Source: Girardia tigrina
Lineage: Eukaryota
NCBI GenBank assembly: GCA_001938485.1
Contig: MQRK01237968.1
Location: forward strand, 1-52,394
Reading direction: 5' to 3'
Length of the DNA stretch: 52,394 nucleotides
Under the pieces are notes generated by a model. That model ran no database searches. It had not been told where the DNA came from and saw only the letters and a list, made by a program, of their open reading frames with translations. Positions 51,319-52,394 of the stretch are shown one piece after another; position 1 is the first letter of the stretch, and each line of letters starts with the position of its first letter. Position numbers and translations under genes: made by a program.

Positions 51319-51698
51319 CTACAAGGGCCGTTTCTCTTTCTCTTTCATTTTCATATTTTCGGACGCTTGAATAACATCTTTCGAGTGTTGTAAAATGATA
51401 TCGTGCGGATTCAAACTGTCTACCGATATCGTTAATCTACGACTGGATTTTCTGTGGTCGATGTCCACATCGTCCATCGGCGCTCGATATGTTCTTTTCG
51501 AGTCACGTTTCGAGATTCGTGTTAACGATGACATTTTTGCACTTCGGCCAAATGAAATTTTAATAGAGTTCGACAATAGTTTACAGAAAATTCGTAAAGA
51601 TTATTGGGTTCCTTTTTTAGAGTTTTTAACGTAAATTCGACAAGAATTTCTTTAAATTCCTTCGATAAAGATAGAGATTTACAATCAATGTACGTCAT
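51319..51698 (-). pseudogene. PKA type-II regulatory subunit-like N-terminus (RIIa D/D domain + inhibitor site), frameshifted
   Basis: ORF 51698-51522 (58 aa, below the track cutoff): LSKEFKEILVEFTLKTLKKEPNNLYEFSVNYCRTL fits the RIIa docking pattern. An overlapping frame gives RRLTISVDSLNP (cf. RRxSVxAExYNP). No cNMP domains seen. Confidence 0.65.
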
Positions 51699-51924
51699 TT
51701 GAATTAATATATTTATTAAAAAAAATTGTGCGGTGATTACGCTTATTTACAATGTTTAAACACCAGCATTTATTTCATTTTTAGTATAATTAAACTTACA
51801 TAAATATAACAAAATATTTCACAAAATACCACATGTATAAAATTTAACAATTTTTTAAGATATAATATATTAAATTTTAAAACTAATTTAATTTTTTTTA
51901 ATATATATATATATATATATATAC

Positions 51925-52275
51925 GCTTCAAAATGAATTTTTTTATTGAAATAATTAGTGCATCTATATTCTCAGCTTCAACGTCCAAAGTTGCATCTCT
52001 TGTTTCTAACAATAAATTTGTGTACGTACTGCTGTAAGTATAGGGAACCAAATAGAATTCATCAGCAATGTTTCTTAACGCGATGTGAATTTAACAGCGA
52101 CTTGCAGGTATATTTGGCATCTGCAGATTTATTTAGATTCGAATCAACTTCTTTAAGGGCCAAATATATAAGATTCAAAGAAGATACAATTGGTTTTGTT
52201 ACATTAAAACGAGCATTCCATTTGGTTTGTGATACATTCGTCAGCTACTTTTTTGAGTGTTTCTTTAATATAGTC
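51925..52275 (-). mobile_element. hAT transposase remnant
   Basis: SQTKWNARFN...IYLALKE (TRW motif) and WFPIL...NLLLETRDATLDVEAENI. Confidence 0.75.
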
Positions 52276-52280
52276 TAGCA

Positions 52281-52394
52281 CAGTGGTTCTCAACTAATTT
52301 AAAAACGCGGAACACAATTCACATGAATTTTTTTACGCGGAACACTGACAAAAAATTCATTGAAAAATTCTCTATCGAACGTATTATTTCGTTT
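52281..52394 (+). mobile_element. left end of a Buster/Charlie-type hAT element (runs off the window)
   Basis: Starts CAGTGGTTCTCAA. The preceding 8-mer GTCTAGCA fits the nnnTAnnn target. Repeated subterminal ACGCGGAACAC. Confidence 0.75.

Overview
Very AT-rich eukaryotic genomic DNA with several N-gaps. It is metazoan, judging by a Scratch-family gene; the host is not identifiable from this window. Most of the window is decayed and nested transposable elements: about 10 mariner/Tc1/maT copies (two full length with TIRs and TA flanks), hAT fragments and MITEs, a BEL/Pao integrase, LINE remnants, a Penelope GIY-YIG 3' end with a degenerate hammerhead, and at least three Ty3/Gypsy lineages. One apparently intact host gene is present: a spliced, three-finger Scratch-like C2H2 factor (minus strand, 43158-42729 + 37953-37736) with an eh1-like motif and no visible SNAG domain. 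Host-gene fragments include a PKA RII-like N-terminus, SCaMC-like EF-hands and a possible sHSP domain. The most unusual signal is one Gypsy lineage with seven LTR copies. All six complete copies end TG...TA rather than TG...CA, with TSDs fixing the end for four of them. All carry a conserved CAGATGG island and an ATG-initiated Cys-rich reading frame that exits the LTR end in the same phase (3n+1) despite length differences. All homology calls come from motif recognition by eye; no database search was run.
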